Assembly: GCF_044704955.1 (NCBI RefSeq)
Contig: NC_091999.1
Coordinates: 9,858,001 to 9,922,000 of the forward strand
Direction: 5' to 3'
DNA length: 64,000 bases
From: Pristiophorus japonicus
Lineage: Eukaryota
The notes under the pieces were generated by a model. That model saw only the letters and a program-made list of their open reading frames with translations, was not told the origin of the DNA and made no database searches. Of the stretch, positions 9,975-24,079 are shown piece by piece. Every line of letters starts with the position of its first letter. Position 1 is the stretch's first letter. The translations under genes were made by a program, and so were the position numbers.

Positions 9975-11164
9975 TTCCCCAGAGCTCAGAATCTGCAAGG
10001 GGAAGGTGTTCCGATCGATGGAAAAAACCTCCATTAATGAATTATCTCCACCTTCCAACGGGATCAGTTCATCACCTGCACATCTTGCTATATGAAGGGA
10101 ATATTGCAAACGGCCTGCGGCTTTAAGACTCATGTGTGTGTGTGTCAAATTCCGCCATGGGCCCGGGTGGGCGGGACAGGTCTGTCCGCCATTCATCTGT
10201 AATCTCACTTGTACTCTTCCAATTTCCCTTACTGATAAAGATTGTCCAGTTTCCACAAACGGTGTTCATTGGTGAGGCAACGTGGAGCAGGATGGTTTTC
10301 GTCATTTAGGATCAATCTATTGACATTCTTGGGTTCAGGCTACCGACGGATTACACATCATAAATATGTGAAATGCAGTATTGTGTTACTTGTGAACTGC
10401 AGTTGTGAGGAATAAATATAAAGTAACAGGCAACTACAGGGATGGCGCATTGAACCAGAAATTGATTTTTGTCAAGACGTAGGTGGATTTCAAGTCTTAT
10501 CCTGCTTCTCCGCTGATTGACTCAGTCATGTTAGAGTCAGCAGGTGATATCAAATCAGGACACGAATGCTTTTGTTCTCCAATTCATCCAATCAGCTCAC
10601 AGCTCCTTTGTTCGACAATTGTTCACTTCAGAGAGCGGAGCAGGTGATATCAAATTAGGTCACGAGTCCTTTTTTCCAATTCAATCAATCAGCTCACAGC
10701 TCATTTGTTCTCCAGTTCCTGACGTCAGAGAGCGGAGCGGGGAACGGAGCAAAATTGTTCCCTCACAGCAGAGAATTGGATGGGATTTCAACCCAATGCT
10801 GATACTTGAACTGGGTCAGTCTGTGAGGTGGGGCGAGTGAAGAAATATAGCTAATGTTGCTGTGGAATCGGTGCCGAAGGCTCCCATTCCAAGAGTTGCT
10901 GACAGACCAATAGAACTTTCCACAGCGGAAATAAAGTGGCATATTAATACAAGCTGGTCCTGAGGAATGTGAGCAAAATGATACGGTAAATTAGACAACA
11001 CCGCCACCTATTATATGAATGAAATGGGGTGTGATTGACTGTTTGAGTGTGATGGGAGGGCGTGAGCAGCGAGTGGGCTCAGTGGTACAGGGATGTGCTG
11101 CTCATTGCAAATATGTGCAATATATTGTCGGTTGCAATAACCATAATTCACAACACCCTATTGT

Positions 11165-11850
11165 TTCTCGTTTCTCGATGTGTGCATCACCGGCGAGGTC
11201 AGTATTAATTGGCCATGTATAATTTCCCTTGAGGAGATGGCGTGGAGCCGCCTTCTTGAAGCAGTGTTGAAGGTCCACCCGCAGTGCTGGGATATTGACC
11301 CAGCAACGACGATGTCGAATGGTGTCGAGTTTCTTGAATTTTGTTGAAGATGCACTCATCCAGGCAAAGAGAGATTATTCCGGCACACACCTGATGATGC
11401 ATTGACGAAGGTGGAATGGCTTTTGGGGGGACAGGAGGGGAGACACTCACGACAGAATACCCAGCCTCTGACCCACTCTTGTTGCCTCAGTGTGTATGCG
11501 GATCGTCCAGTAAATTTTTTGGTCAAAGGTGAACCCCAGGATATTCATGGCAGAGGATTGGGCGATGTTAGTTTCATTGAATCTCAAGGGGTATATAATT
11601 AGACTCTCGCCTTTTGGATATTTTCATTGCCTGGCACTTGTGTAGCACGGATGTTACTTGCCTCTTATCAGCCGAAGCCTAACTTTCGTAAAGATCCTGC
11701 AGCATGCATGCATAGACTGCTTCATTTCAGAGGAGTTGAGAATGGAACTGAACATTATGCAATCATTAGCGAACATCCCCACTCCTGAGCTTATGATGGC
11801 GGGAAGTTTATTGATGAAGCATTTGCGGAGGGTTGGACCTTGGACTATGC
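11165..11850 (-). mobile_element. Decayed CR1/L2-group non-LTR 3' fragment; related copies at ~20570-21225 and ~34495-35505
   Basis: ORF2 C-terminal motif MSA.STT.K.LDTIQDKAARLI..HSFHH..VAAVCTIYKMHC, best preserved at 34479-34940. Confidence 0.7.
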
Positions 11851-11854
11851 CCTA

Positions 11855-14800
11855 TAGAATCATAAAATCATAGAATGGTTGCAGCATGGAGAAGGTCAAT
11901 CGGCCCGCCCAACTCGTGACCACTCTCAGCCAGTACCTCTACCCTGCTCTTCCATCGTAGCCCCGCAATTTTTTTTACCTTGAGATACTTATCCAACTAC
12001 GTTTTGAAAGATAAAATTGAGTCTGCCTTCACCACACTTTCAGGCCATGCACCCCAGATCTTAACCACTCGTGATGTAAAACAAGTTTTTTCTTACGTCG
12101 CCTTTGGTTCTGTCGCCAACCACATTTAATCTGTGTCCACTGGTTTTCGAAACTTCTGTCAATGGGCAAAGCATCTTTCTATCTACCCTGTCCAGAACCG
12201 TCATGATTTTGAACACCACTATCAAATCTCCTATCAATCATATCTGCTCAAAGGAGAACAAACCCAGCGTCTCGAGTCTCTCAACATAACTGAATCGCTC
12301 ATTCCTGGAATTATTCTAGTAAATCTTCTCTGCACCTTCTTTAAGGTGTCACAGCTTTCCTAAAGTGTGGTAGCCAGAATTAGACACATAATCCAGTTGG
12401 TGCCGAAACAGTGTTTCATATGGGCTCATTATAATTTCCACATTTTTGTACTCTATACCTCTACTTATAAAGCCAATGATCCCGTAAGCCTTTTTAACTG
12501 CTTTCTCAACCCACTCTGCCTTCGTAATCCATTTATGCACACATACCCCCAGGTTTCTCTGCTCGTTCACCCACTTTGGGGTTGTACCAGTTAGTTTAAA
12601 TGTCATTTCCTCATTCTTTCTATCAAAATGCATCGCTTCACAGTTGCTGCGTTAAATTTATTCTGTCAAGTGTCCGCCCATTTTACCAGCCTGTCTATGG
12701 CTCCCAGAAGTGTATCAGTCTCCACCTAAATTTTCGCTATACTTCCATGTATTGTGTCAGGAAGAATTGAAGAAATTGTGCCTTGTACGTCCACGTCCAT
12801 TAATATATATCAAGTAAGGTAGTAGACATAGTACCGACCCCATCGGGAACACTACGGTATACCTCTCTCTGGTCGGAAAAACAACTGTTCAATACTACAC
12901 ACTGTTTCCTGTTACTTTGAGAATTTCCAATCCCAGCTGTCACTCGCCCTTTTGTTTCATGGGCTTCACTTTGCTGCCAAGCCTATTATGTGGCACTTTG
13001 TAAAGCGCCTTTTTGAAATTGATTTACATTATGTCAATCACATTACCCTCGTCAACCCTCTCCATTACCTCATCAAAAACTCGATCAAGTTGGTTAAACA
13101 CGATTTGCCTTTAACAAGGCCGCACTGGATTTCCTTAATGAATCCATCCCTATCCAAGTGTCTGTTAATTTTATCCCTGACTACTTGTTCTAAAAGCTTC
13201 CCCACTACCGAGGTTAAACTGACTCGCCTACAGTTGCTGTGTTTCTCTTTGCTCCCTTTTTTGAACAATGGTGTAACATTTGCAATTCTCCAGTCCTCTG
13301 GCACCTCCCTCGTATCTATGGAGGATTGGAATATTATGCACAGTACCTCTGCGATTTTCATCCTCAATTCCCTAAGCATCCTAGAATGTATCCCATCTCC
13401 TCCTGGTGATTTATCTTCTGTAAGTACAGCCAGCCTTTCTAATACCTATTCGTTGTCAATTGTTATCCTATAACGTGTCTCCACTACGTCCTCCTTCAAT
13501 ATGTCTATGGTAGCATCCTTTTCCTTGGCGAAAACAGGCGCAAAGTACGAATTTAGTACCTCAGCCATTACCTTCTGGCTCCATGCATTGTCTTATTTTT
13601 GGTCTCTACCCGGTCCCACCCCTCCCCTTACTAACCTTTTATTATTTATATGCATAAGAAAGACTTTTGGATTCGCGTTATGTTGTTTGCCATTCTATTA
13701 TCATACACTTTCTTTGCCCTCCTATTTTTATTTTTGCTTCTCCTCTGATCTTTCTATATCATCTTCATCATCATCATTGGCAGTCCGTCGGAATCACGGA
13801 AGACTTGTTTCCACTCTTAACATGAGTTCTTAGGTGGTTGTACAATGCAATGCGAGAACTACAGTGTCTATCACAGTTGGGACAGATAGTCATTGAGGGA
13901 AAGGGTGGGTGGGACCGGTTAGCCACACGCTCTTTCCGCTGCCTGCGCTTGATATTTCTGCATACTCTTGGCGACGAGTCTTGAGGAGCTTAGCGCCCTC
14001 CCGGATGCACTTCCTCCACTTAGGGTGGTCTTTGGCCATGGACTCCCAGGTGTCAGTGGGGATGTTGCACTTTATCAGGGAGGCTTTGAGGGTGTCCTTA
14101 TAATTTTTCCGCTGCCCACCTTTGGCTCGTCTGCCATGAAGGAGTTCCGAGTAGAACGCTTGCTTTGGGAGTCTTGTATCTGGCATACAAACTATGTGGC
14201 CTGTCCAGAGGAGCTGATCAAATGTGGTCAGCGCTTCAATGCTGGGGGTGTTGGCCTGGTCGAGGACGCTAACGTTGGTGTGTCTGTCCTCCCAAGCAAT
14301 TTGTAGGATGTTGCAGAGACTTTGTTGGTTGTATTTCTCCAGCGACTTGAGGTGTCTACTGTAACATGGTCCATGTCTCTGAGCCATACAGGAGGGCGGG
14401 TATTATCACAGTCCTGTAGACCATGAGCTTGGTGAGTTTTGAGGGCCTCGTCTTCAAACACTCTTTTCCTCAGGCTGCCGAAGGCTGCACTGGCGCACTG
14501 GAGGCGGTGTTGGATCTCAATGCCTGCTCTTGTTGATAGGAGGCTCCCGAGATAAGGGAAGTGCTCCACCTTGTTCAGGGCCGCGCTGTGGATCTTGATG
14601 ATTTGGGGGCAGTGCTGTGCGGCGAAGACAGGCTGGTGGAGGGCCTTTGTTTTACTGTTGTTTCGCGTAAGGCCCATGCTTTCGTACGCCTGAGTAAATA
14701 CTTCGATTATGTCCTGGAGTTGAGCATCTCTGTAGCTCAACGACAGAGTTTGGGGTGTTCTTGGATCTGGCCTGGAGATGGCGGAGATTGAACAGGTTCT

Positions 14801-15730
14801 CACTGGTTCTGCAGTTTAGTTCCACTCCAGTGGGGAGGTTGTCGACAGTAAGGTGGAGAATTGTTGCGCAGAGAATTGAGAAGTGGGTTGGGATGATGAT
14901 GCATCACTGCTTGACCCCGGTCCGGACGTGAATTGGATCTGTGATGGATCTGTTGGTATATCAATCCGGACTTTCAGATGTTTTTGAAACCTGACATCTG
15001 TCATATGCGTGTTTTTTCTACTTCATCTTATATTCTATCTGTTTCGTCTTCCAGGGAGCTCTGATTTTAGTTGCCTTGCGTTCCCCCTCGTAGGAATGTA
15101 CCTCGACTGTATCCAAGTCATTTCCTCTTTAAAGGTAGCCTATTTTTCCACTACAATTTTGCCTGCCAATCATTGATTCTACTTTACCCGGGCGAGATCC
15201 ACTCCAATCCGCTTGAAATTGTCCTTTTTCCAGTTAAACATTTTTAATCTAGATTACTCCCTGTTCTTTTAGATAGCTAATGAAACCTTATGATATTTTG
15301 ATCACTGTTCCCTAAATGTTCACCGACTGACACATGCTCCACTTGACCTACATCGTAGCCCAGATCCAGATCATGAAAAGCCTACCTCCTCGTCGGGCCG
15401 GAAACTGACTGATCAACAATAGTCTCCATATTACACTTCAAAACAATTTCAACTGCTCTGCCTTTTATACTATTACGATTGCAGTGTATATTGTATAGTT
15501 GAAGACTCCCATTATTACAACTCGAAAGTTCTTGCACCTCTCTGTAATTCCTCTGCAAATGCGTTCCTCCTTATCTTTATCACTGTTTGATGGTCTTTGG
15601 AATAGCTATATAATATATTTCCTGTACAACATATAACCAGGAATATATACTACCCAATCATTCCCATTTGTGTGCCACTTCTCAGTTAATGCCACAACAG
15701 CATATTTCCATGTTGCTGTTTGTGCCTGCA
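11855..15730 (-). mobile_element. CR1-type LINE (unit B copy), interrupted by an RTE
   Basis: ORF 13065-13379 has WRIANVTPLFKKG..VSLTSVVGKLLE..GKSCLTNLIEF. Paralog of 22-2690. Confidence 0.85.
13762..14956 (-). mobile_element. 5'-truncated RTE-clade LINE
   Basis: WTGHIVCMPDTRLPKQAFYSEL..GGQRKNYKDTLK motif, (GAT)n tail, and TATATCA repeated at 13755-13761 and 14957-14963 (TSD). Confidence 0.85.
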
Positions 15731-17346
15731 GCTCAATTACCTCTCTATATATCACACTAGCCCTGCTTAGTGTTACTGCGCTAGACCATGTGCCAATTTA
15801 CGTTAAATTCGGCCGTGCCTCATTTATTTCTGCATTAGTATATATCTCTGTTCATATTACACTAGGCCTTTTCTCAGCTATTACTGCACTAATCCATGCC
15901 TCTGCTTATATTACACTGGGAGCTGCCTCAGCTGTTACTGTACTAGACCATGTCTCAGTCCATGTAACAATAGAGTATATCTCTGTTTATATTACAATAG
16001 CCCTGTCTAAGTTTTTGGTGCATTTGACAATGTCTCTGTGTATATTACACTAGATATTGTCTCTCTATACATTCCACTTGCACCTGTTTCTATTTATATT
16101 ACACCAGGCTCTGTCACTGTTTTTGAAGACAAGACCATATCTCTGTTCATTTTACACCTGGACAGTATTGATTTAATAATCTTCTGGTATGTCTGATTTT
16201 ATATTACACTATCCGGTTTCTTCTAATACGGCATTAGAACCTGAATCCTTCAATATGGAACTCCGAGAGATGAATGAGGATTGAGGGACAGGACTGAAAG
16301 TGAGCAATTGTGCTCCGCACTTTGCACTTCTTAGTGGCAAGCTCTGTTGTGCAAAAGTTTACTAATTAACACTTGTGTTATGCTGTGTCAGTTGCTCACA
16401 GTTTTTTAACCTGAAAGATTGTGATTCCTGCAGCATTTTCCAGTTATCTTTTCCGTGACCCACTGATTGTGATACACAGAGCTTGGAACCGTGACCTCAC
16501 AGCGCCGCCGGAAGGGCGGCCGCAGGGCCCTAAGGTCCACCGGATCACCTGATTCCATTTTTGGAAGCTCTGTCCTTGTTTTTATTACAGCAAATCAGTA
16601 ACAGGATGCAATTTAACTGAACCACTGACAGCCAATTTAATCAAGCCTCCTGTGGGGAAACGACAACATGGACAGAGTTCTCCTTAAAGACGAAATGTAT
16701 AATTCCAGATTTATTTGAAGGTTAACTAAATCACGTAAGTTATTGATGCTTTCAGAGACCAGAACAGCAAGAACGCTGATAGCGTTCAGATGTTGTCTAT
16801 TTTCCCAACAGGTCAACAATATTTCTCTTCATGTGCTCCCCCATTGGGCTGTGTGTTTCCAACACCTCTGTTATCAAGGCCGGAAACATGGATCTATCTT
16901 TAGGTCAAACTAATATAATGTGTTAGCGGATTTACCGAGAACCTCAATTTATCAAATATTCGGTTTTGATCGAATGCGCGAGATGAATTCACAAACACAG
17001 GCAGAATACTGGAAGCATTTCCTGTCCCATTAACGGAGCGACCAGCAGACAGGAAGTTCCCTGAACATCACTCCATGACTTTATGAGCAAACAGCTGATC
17101 AAAAGCAGAAAAGACAGTTTAACCCATCGGTTCATTCTGTGATCGATCTTGCGGGTACTCACCTTCTGCAGTTTCCTTTTTCGGCAGTACCTGGAAACAA
17201 TTGGGCTACAGTTGAATCCGAGGTCAACTTGGTTTCCGCTCGGTGTGTGTTTGAGCGCCTTACAGGGCGCAACTCATTGTGGCTGCATCTGCCCGCGATT
17301 CCACACGACCCCAACAGCCAGGAGCTCCGACCTACAGTCCAATGGC

Positions 17347-18981
17347 AGTTTATGTACAGGGTGAGACTGCTTTCCATCACTATGAGTCAGACAGAGCGCA
17401 CTAATACACGGCAGTGTCAGTCAGCTGCAGCCCGGCGATGGTTAAACTCGTGAATTTAGTCGATGTCTTGAGAATTGCAGAGAATTGCGTTCTGAAACCT
17501 TCTTCTTTCTTCTCCTGTGTGTCCCAAGACATTCTCCACACAACAAACTGGGGCGCCTTCTCTGCATTTTGCCGGTACCAATATAAGTTGGCTCAATATT
17601 GCCGGTACCAATATAAGTAATTTCAGGTGGCTGAAAACATCCATCCTCCCCTCTGCTGGCCGCGATCGTAGGCTGAAGCAGACTGTTTGCAATTCTGGCT
17701 ACTTCCGACCCATCTCGCAAAGCCCACCTCTAGAACATCGCCCGTCTCCACCCCCGCCTCAGCCAATTTGCTGCTGAACCCCTTACCCAGGGCTTTGTTA
17801 CCTCCAGGCTCGACTATTCCGATGTTCTCCTGGCCAGCCTTACATCCTTTTGTAAACTTGAGCTCATCCAAAACTCTGCTGCCCCATCCCCTAATTCGCA
17901 CCAAGTTGTGTTCTCCCACGACTACGATATTATATTGGCTGCTGGTCCAGTGATGCTTCAAATTCTACCGTCCTTTTGTTAAAATCCCTCCTTGGCCCCT
18001 CTCCTCTCCATCCCTTGTCACCTCCTCCAGCCCTGGAAACTTAGTTCTGCGCTCCTCATATTACGGCCTCTTGAGCATCCCCGACTTTTATTGGTGGCCG
18101 TGCCTTCAGCTGCATTGGTCCCAAGCTCCGGAATTCCCTCGCTAAACCTCTCCACCTCTCTATCCCCTCAAATCTCATCCTTGTTTCAAATCCCTCCATG
18201 GCCTCGCTAAACCTCTCCACCTCTCTATCCCCTCAAATTCTCATCCTTGTTTCAAATCCCTCCATGGCCTCGCCCCCTTCCCTATCTCTGTAATCTCTTC
18301 CAGCCCCACAACCACCCGATATGTCTGCACTCCTCTAATTCTACCCTCTTGAGCATCTCTGATTTTAATCGTTCCACCATCGTTGGCTGTGCCTTCAGCT
18401 GCCTGGGCCCCAAGCTCTGGAACTCCTTCCCTAAATCTCTTTGCCTCTCTACCTCTCTTTCCTCCTTCAAGACGCTCCTTAAAACTCTGAGAGTTGTTAC
18501 TCTGTGAAATTCTCTACCGCAGAGAGTTGTTGATGCCAGTTCATTGGATGTATTCAAGCGCGAGTTATATATGGCCCTTACGGCTAAAGGGATCAAGGAG
18601 TATGGAGAGAAAGCAGTAAAGGAGTACTGAGGTGAATGATCAGCCATGATCTTATTGAATGGTGGTGCAGGCTCGAAGGGCGGAATGGCCTACTCCTGCA
18701 CCTATTTTCTATGTTTCTATGCTATAGCCGTTTTTTGTGATATTATAGGTACATTTTATAGTCACCGCTACACCTTCACTCCTGCTCTCTGAAGACTGGG
18801 ACTGAGTAACAGAATCTGCGTCACGCTGACCTGTAACATGTGTAGAGGAACAAGATAAGACCGAGTATTAAAAAGGTGTCGGGGAAATTATATTAACCCT
18901 TTCGTTTAAACACAGCAGTATTGAATCATCCTTACCGACAATAAACACCCCAAACACAACCGAGGTCATCAATATCCGTAT
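17347..18981 (-). pseudogene. TCR alpha/delta-type V pseudogene V3 (family A), split by a retro-insertion
   Basis: Leader 18981-18936 has ATG>ATA. Exon parts are 18830-18724 and 17621-17385. YYC is mutated to Y*C. RSS is CATAGTG (17378-17384) + 22 bp + ACATAAACT. Confidence 0.88.
17622..18722 (+). mobile_element. Composite insertion: L2-type 3' fragment joined to a CR1 3' end
   Basis: L2-like FVTSRLDYS coding and GCCTTCAGCTGCCTGGGCCCCAAGCTCTGGAA 3' region (internally duplicated), then a CR1 terminus ending TTTTCTATGTTTCTATG. Confidence 0.7.
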
Positions 18982-21232
18982 GGCCGCTGCCTAGCCCGAA
19001 ACTGTTGGTCCTTTTAAAACCCAATCCAGGAGCAGAATAGACCCTGCCAGAGGCTCCGAATGGTTCAACGTCACTTCCTGCACTCATTGCTCCAATGACA
19101 CACTATCCAATTCCCCCGCCACATATTGGTCCTTGATCAGTTGAATCCCTTCGAGCCACAGCATAAAGCATCCCAGGGTGGAGTCAGGCACTCAGTGAGA
19201 GTGTCTGGTGTGAGGAAAGTATCAGCTTTGCTGAAGTTGAGAGATTTATTTAAAGGTCCTGAACCGGTCAGACTGAGTGATTGTTGACTGTCTGCCGGCG
19301 TGTGATGTCTCAGCGGGTGCCTTAACTTCAATCTCATTGTACCTTTCGTGTTTACATTATGTGTGGAATAGATGTACTCTGGTTGCTGTTTCTAACGAAA
19401 GGCTGAATGCATTCTAAAAGAATATGCTAGCGATTTATTGAAAACAGCTTTCACATGAGATCTCCACTGAGTGACCAGAGGAAATCTTCCCCTTATGTGC
19501 CCCCAGCAGAAGGTTAATCAAATCCGACCTGCATCAACCACCTCAGTCTGATTAGTGAAAGTGAGTGAAATCAACTGAACATCTTTATCAATATTCAAAC
19601 ACATACATTATCATATCGAGATAATATCTCACTGTCATCAGCTTACTGTGTTGTCAACTTCTCAGAGGGGAATATGAGAACTTTGCTCAATTATCTTCTG
19701 AAGCCATTAGATTATCATTTTACGAAATCTATCAGGGGACCCATTCCACTCTGCTGAAATGATCACATTCGAACGATGGTTAGTTAAATGGGAGAAAGTC
19801 CTCACCCGGGTTTCAGTCCTCTCCGTCAAACTCTTTCTCTTTCCCCAATCTCGCTCTCTCTTCTCTCTGTGTGTCTCTCTCTCTCCCAGTCTCTTTCTCT
19901 CTACATCACCGTCTCACTGCCCCTCCCCCAAAGCTCTCTCTCTGCCCTAATCTCTCCCTCGCCCCCGGTCTCTCTCTCTCACACCCTCCCAGTCTCTCTC
20001 TCTCGCCCACTCTCTCTCTCTCCCCGGTCTCTTTCTCTTCCGAGTATCTCTCTCTCCCGATCTCTCTTTTCACTGCTTCCGCCTATCTCACTCTCTCTCT
20101 GTCTCTCTCTTTCTCTCGTTCCAGTCTCTCAATGCCTCCGATTTTTTCTCTCAACACAGAATGCCGCGAAAATGTCCGTGTAGATAATCACAGCGATATT
20201 TTTGCTAAAACTCTAAAATAGACGAAGCAACGTGGTCGACAGCAGCACCGGCTTCGTCTTGATACAGCACTCTTCTAATTTCGGGTAAGAGGATTCTGCG
20301 CATGCGCGGGAACTACTCATGGCAGAAATGAAGTGGCATATTAATACAAGGGGGTCCTGTGGAATTTGAACTCGATAATATGGTTAATTAGACAATCACC
20401 ACCTATTATATGAATGAAATGGGAAGGGACTGAAAGGTTCGAGTTGAATGGGAGGGTGTGAACAGCGAGTGGGCTCAGTGGTATGGTAGTGCGCTGCTTA
20501 TTACAAATATGTGCAACATATTAACGTTACCATTAACCATAATTCACAATACCGTATTTTAAAATTCGTTCCTTGATGAGGGCGTCGCCGGCAAGGCCAG
20601 TATTAATTGGCCTGTCTACTTTTCCTTGAGGAGATGGTGTAGAGCTGCATATTGAACCAGTGGTGAAGGTACACCCACAGTGCTTGGATTTTGACCCAAC
20701 AACGACGATGTCGAACAGTGTCGAGTTTCGTGAGTTTTGTTGTAGATGCACTCATCCAAGCAAATAGAGAATATTCCATCACACTTCTGACTTGTGCCTT
20801 GAAGATGGTGGAAAGGCTTTTGAGGGGTCAGGAGGAGAGACATTGACGGCAGAACACCTTGCCTCTGGTCCATTCTTGTTGCCTCAGGATGTATGCGGCT
20901 GGTCTATTTAAGTCTCTGCTCAAAGGTGAACCCCAGGATGTTGACCGCAGATGATTTAGCGATGTTAGTGTCATTGAATATGAAGGGGGATATGATTAGA
21001 CTCTCGCTTTTTGGATATAGTCATTGCCTGCCACTTGTGTGGCACGAATGTTACTTGCAGCTTATCAGCCAAGCCTATTTTTCGTAAAGTTCCTGCTGCA
21101 TGCATGCTTGGAGTTCTTCATTTAAGAGGAGTTGCCAATGGAACTGAGAAGTATGCAATCATCAGCGAACATGCCCAATTTTGACCTTCTGATGGACGGA
21201 CGTTCATTGGTGAAGCAGCTGCGGGTGGAGCA

Positions 21233-24045
21233 GAGAAACATAGACATTTACAGCGCAGAAGGAGGCCATTTCGGCCCATGGTGTCCACGCCGGTCGGCAA
21301 AGAGCCACACGGCCCTTGGTCAGCAGCCCTAAAGGTTATATTTAAACCTATGAACAATGATGGAATGGCAAACAGCACCCAGCCCAGCCAATCCGCCTCA
21401 CACAACTGCGACACCCCTTATGCTGAAATATTCTACACTCCACTCCAACCGAAGCCATGTGATCTCCTGGGAGAGGCAAAAAACAGATAAAAATCGAGGA
21501 CAATTTAGGGAGAAAAAATGTGGGGAAATTCCAATCTGACCCATCCAGGCGATCGAAAATAGTCCAGGAGACAAAACCTGGCCATATTCGATTCCCTGCA
21601 GTACTTACCATTATAAGTGCGCCACCAACAAAAGGTCATGCAGTCTGATCCCAATTACCAGCTCTAGGTCCGTAACCCTGCAGATAATTGCACTAAGTGC
21701 CCATCCAACCACCTTTTAAAAGTGGTGAGCGGTTCTGCATCCACCACTCTTCCAGGCAGTAACTTCCACATCCCTACAACCCTCTGTGTAAAGAAAACCT
21801 CCTCTTTTTCCACACTAAACCTCCACCAATCACCTTAAAACTATGCTGCCTCGTAATAGACAGATCCACCAATGGCAATACACGCTTACTATCCACTATG
21901 TCCAGGCCCCTCAATATTTTGTACACGTCAATGAGGTTTCCTCTCAACCTCCTCTGTTACAATGAGAACAAACCCAGCCTATCTAATCTGTCCTCATAAC
22001 TAAGATTCTGCATTACAGGCAGCATGCTTGTAAATCTCATCTGCACCCTCTCCAGTGCAATCACGTCCTTCCTCTAATACGGCGACCAGAACTGCACGCA
22101 GTACTCCAGCTGTGGCCTAACCAAAGTATTATATGACTTAAACATAACCTCCTTGCTCTTACATTCTATGCCCTGGCCAATAAAGGCATTCCGTATGCCT
22201 TGTTAATGACCTTATCCACCAGGCCTGCTACTTTCAGGGATCTGTGCACAAGCATTTCAAGGTCCCTTTGTTCATCTACACTATTACTTGGTCTACTGCT
22301 TAATGTGCATAACGTTTCCTTATTCGTCCTGCCAAAGTGCATCACCTCATACTTCGCTGAATTAAATTCCATTTGCCACTGCTCTGCCCACCTGACCAGT
22401 AGATTGATATCCTCCTGCAGCCCATGACTTTCCTCTTCATTATCAAACACACAGCCAATTTTAGTGTCGTCTGCAAACGTCTTAATCATACTCCCAATAT
22501 TCAAATCTAAATAGTTGATATACACCACAAAACAGCAAGGGTCAAAGTCCTGAGCCCTGTAGAACCCCACTGGAAACATCCTTCCAGTCACAAAAATATC
22601 CATCAATCATTATCCTTTGCTTCCTACCTCCAAGCCAATTTTGGTTCCAACTTGCCACTTCGCCCAGGAACCGATGGGCTTTAACCTTCATGATCAGTCT
22701 ACCATGTGGGATCTTATCAAAAGCTTTGCAAAAGTCTATATATACTATATCGTACGCACTATTCTCTTCGACCCACTTAGTTCCCTCCTCAAAAAATTCA
22801 ATCAGGTTAGTCAAACACGATCTTCCCTTAACAAATCCATGCCGACTGTTCATAATTAATCATTGCCTTTCCAAATGTAGATTTATCCTGTCTTTCACAA
22901 TTTTGTCCAATAATTTTCCCACCACTGAGATTATGCTGACAGGCCTGAAATTACTCGGCCTATCCCTTTCTCCCTTCTTAAACAAGGGTACTACATTAGC
23001 AGTCCTCCAATTCTCCGGCACCATGTCCAGATCCAAAGAGGATGGGAAAATGATGGTTAAGGCATTTGATACTTCCTCTCTTATTTCGCTCAACAGCCTG
23101 GGGATTTATCTACTTTCAAAGCTACTAAACCCCTTAATACTTCCTCTTTCAATATATTTATTTCATCCAGAATATCACACTCCTCCTTGAGAGCAGTATC
23201 TGCATTGCCCCTTTCCTTTGTGAAAAAAGATGCAAAGTATTCGTAAAGAACCTTACCAACATCTTCCGCCTCCACACAAAGATTACCCTCATGGTCTCTA
23301 ATACGCCCTACCCTTTCTTTAGTTACCCTCTTACTCTTAATATATTTATGTAACATCTTAGGGTTTTGCTTAATTTTACTAGCCTAGAATTTCTCGTGCT
23401 CACTCTTAGCATTCTTAATATCGTTTTTAATTTTGCCTCTTAACTATCTATATTCCTCTGAAGATTCTATTGCATTTAGCCATTGGTATATGAAATAATC
23501 GTCCCTTTTTTTCTTAATCTTCCACTGTAAGTCCCTAGACATCCAGGGTGCTCTAGAATTAGTATACCCAGCCTTTTTCTTTAAGGTCTCATGTTTGGCC
23601 TGAGCCCTCCGGATCTCCTCCTTGAATGCCTCCCACTGTTTCGACACTGCTTTATCCAGAAGCAGCTGTTTCCAGTCCACTATGGTCAAATCATTCGTTA
23701 ACTTTACAAAATTAACATTGCCCCAATTCAGAACTTTTATTCCAGGCTTATCCTTCTCCTTATCCATAACCAACCTGAATCTGACTGAATTATGATCACT
23801 GGCACCCAATGCTCCCCCATTGATACCCCTTCCAGCTGCCCAGCTTCATTCCCAAAAACTAAATCCAAGACCGCCCCTCTTGTGTTGGGCTTGCTACATA
23901 CTGACTAAACAAGTTCTCTTCAATGCATCTCAAGAATTCCGCACCCTCTATACCCTTCACACTAAATTTGCCCGAATCAATTTTTGGATAGTTAAAATCC
24001 CCTACTGTTGCTACGCTATGATTTTTGGACTTTGCAACAATTTGT
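21233..24045 (-). mobile_element. CR1-type LINE with long 3'UTR (same family as 48335-62535)
   Basis: Fragmented ORF2 (GASDHNSVRF, WRTANVVPLFKKG, HGFVKGRSCLTNLIEFFE, FADDTKIG). The 3'UTR matches 62100-62535. Confidence 0.88.
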
Positions 24046-24079
24046 CTACATTGGTGGCTGGACCTTGGACTATGCTCTA

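Larger units (their letters stand above)
1..11831. repeat. Segmental duplication unit A (CR1 remnant + minisatellite + family-A V + CT tract + family-B V)
   Basis: The same ordered blocks recur starting at ~6, ~11832 and ~24058 (each begins TGGACCTTG..TAGA(A/C)TCAT..AATCATAGAA). Non-TE sequence at 3400-4900 and 6290-7780 matches 16270-20250 and 27500-30570. Confidence 0.85.
11832..24057. repeat. Segmental duplication unit B (no family-B V; carries unit-specific RTE and CR1 insertions)
   Basis: Colinear with unit A. It jumps from ~20310 to sequence homologous to ~10920, omitting the family-B V. Confidence 0.8.
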
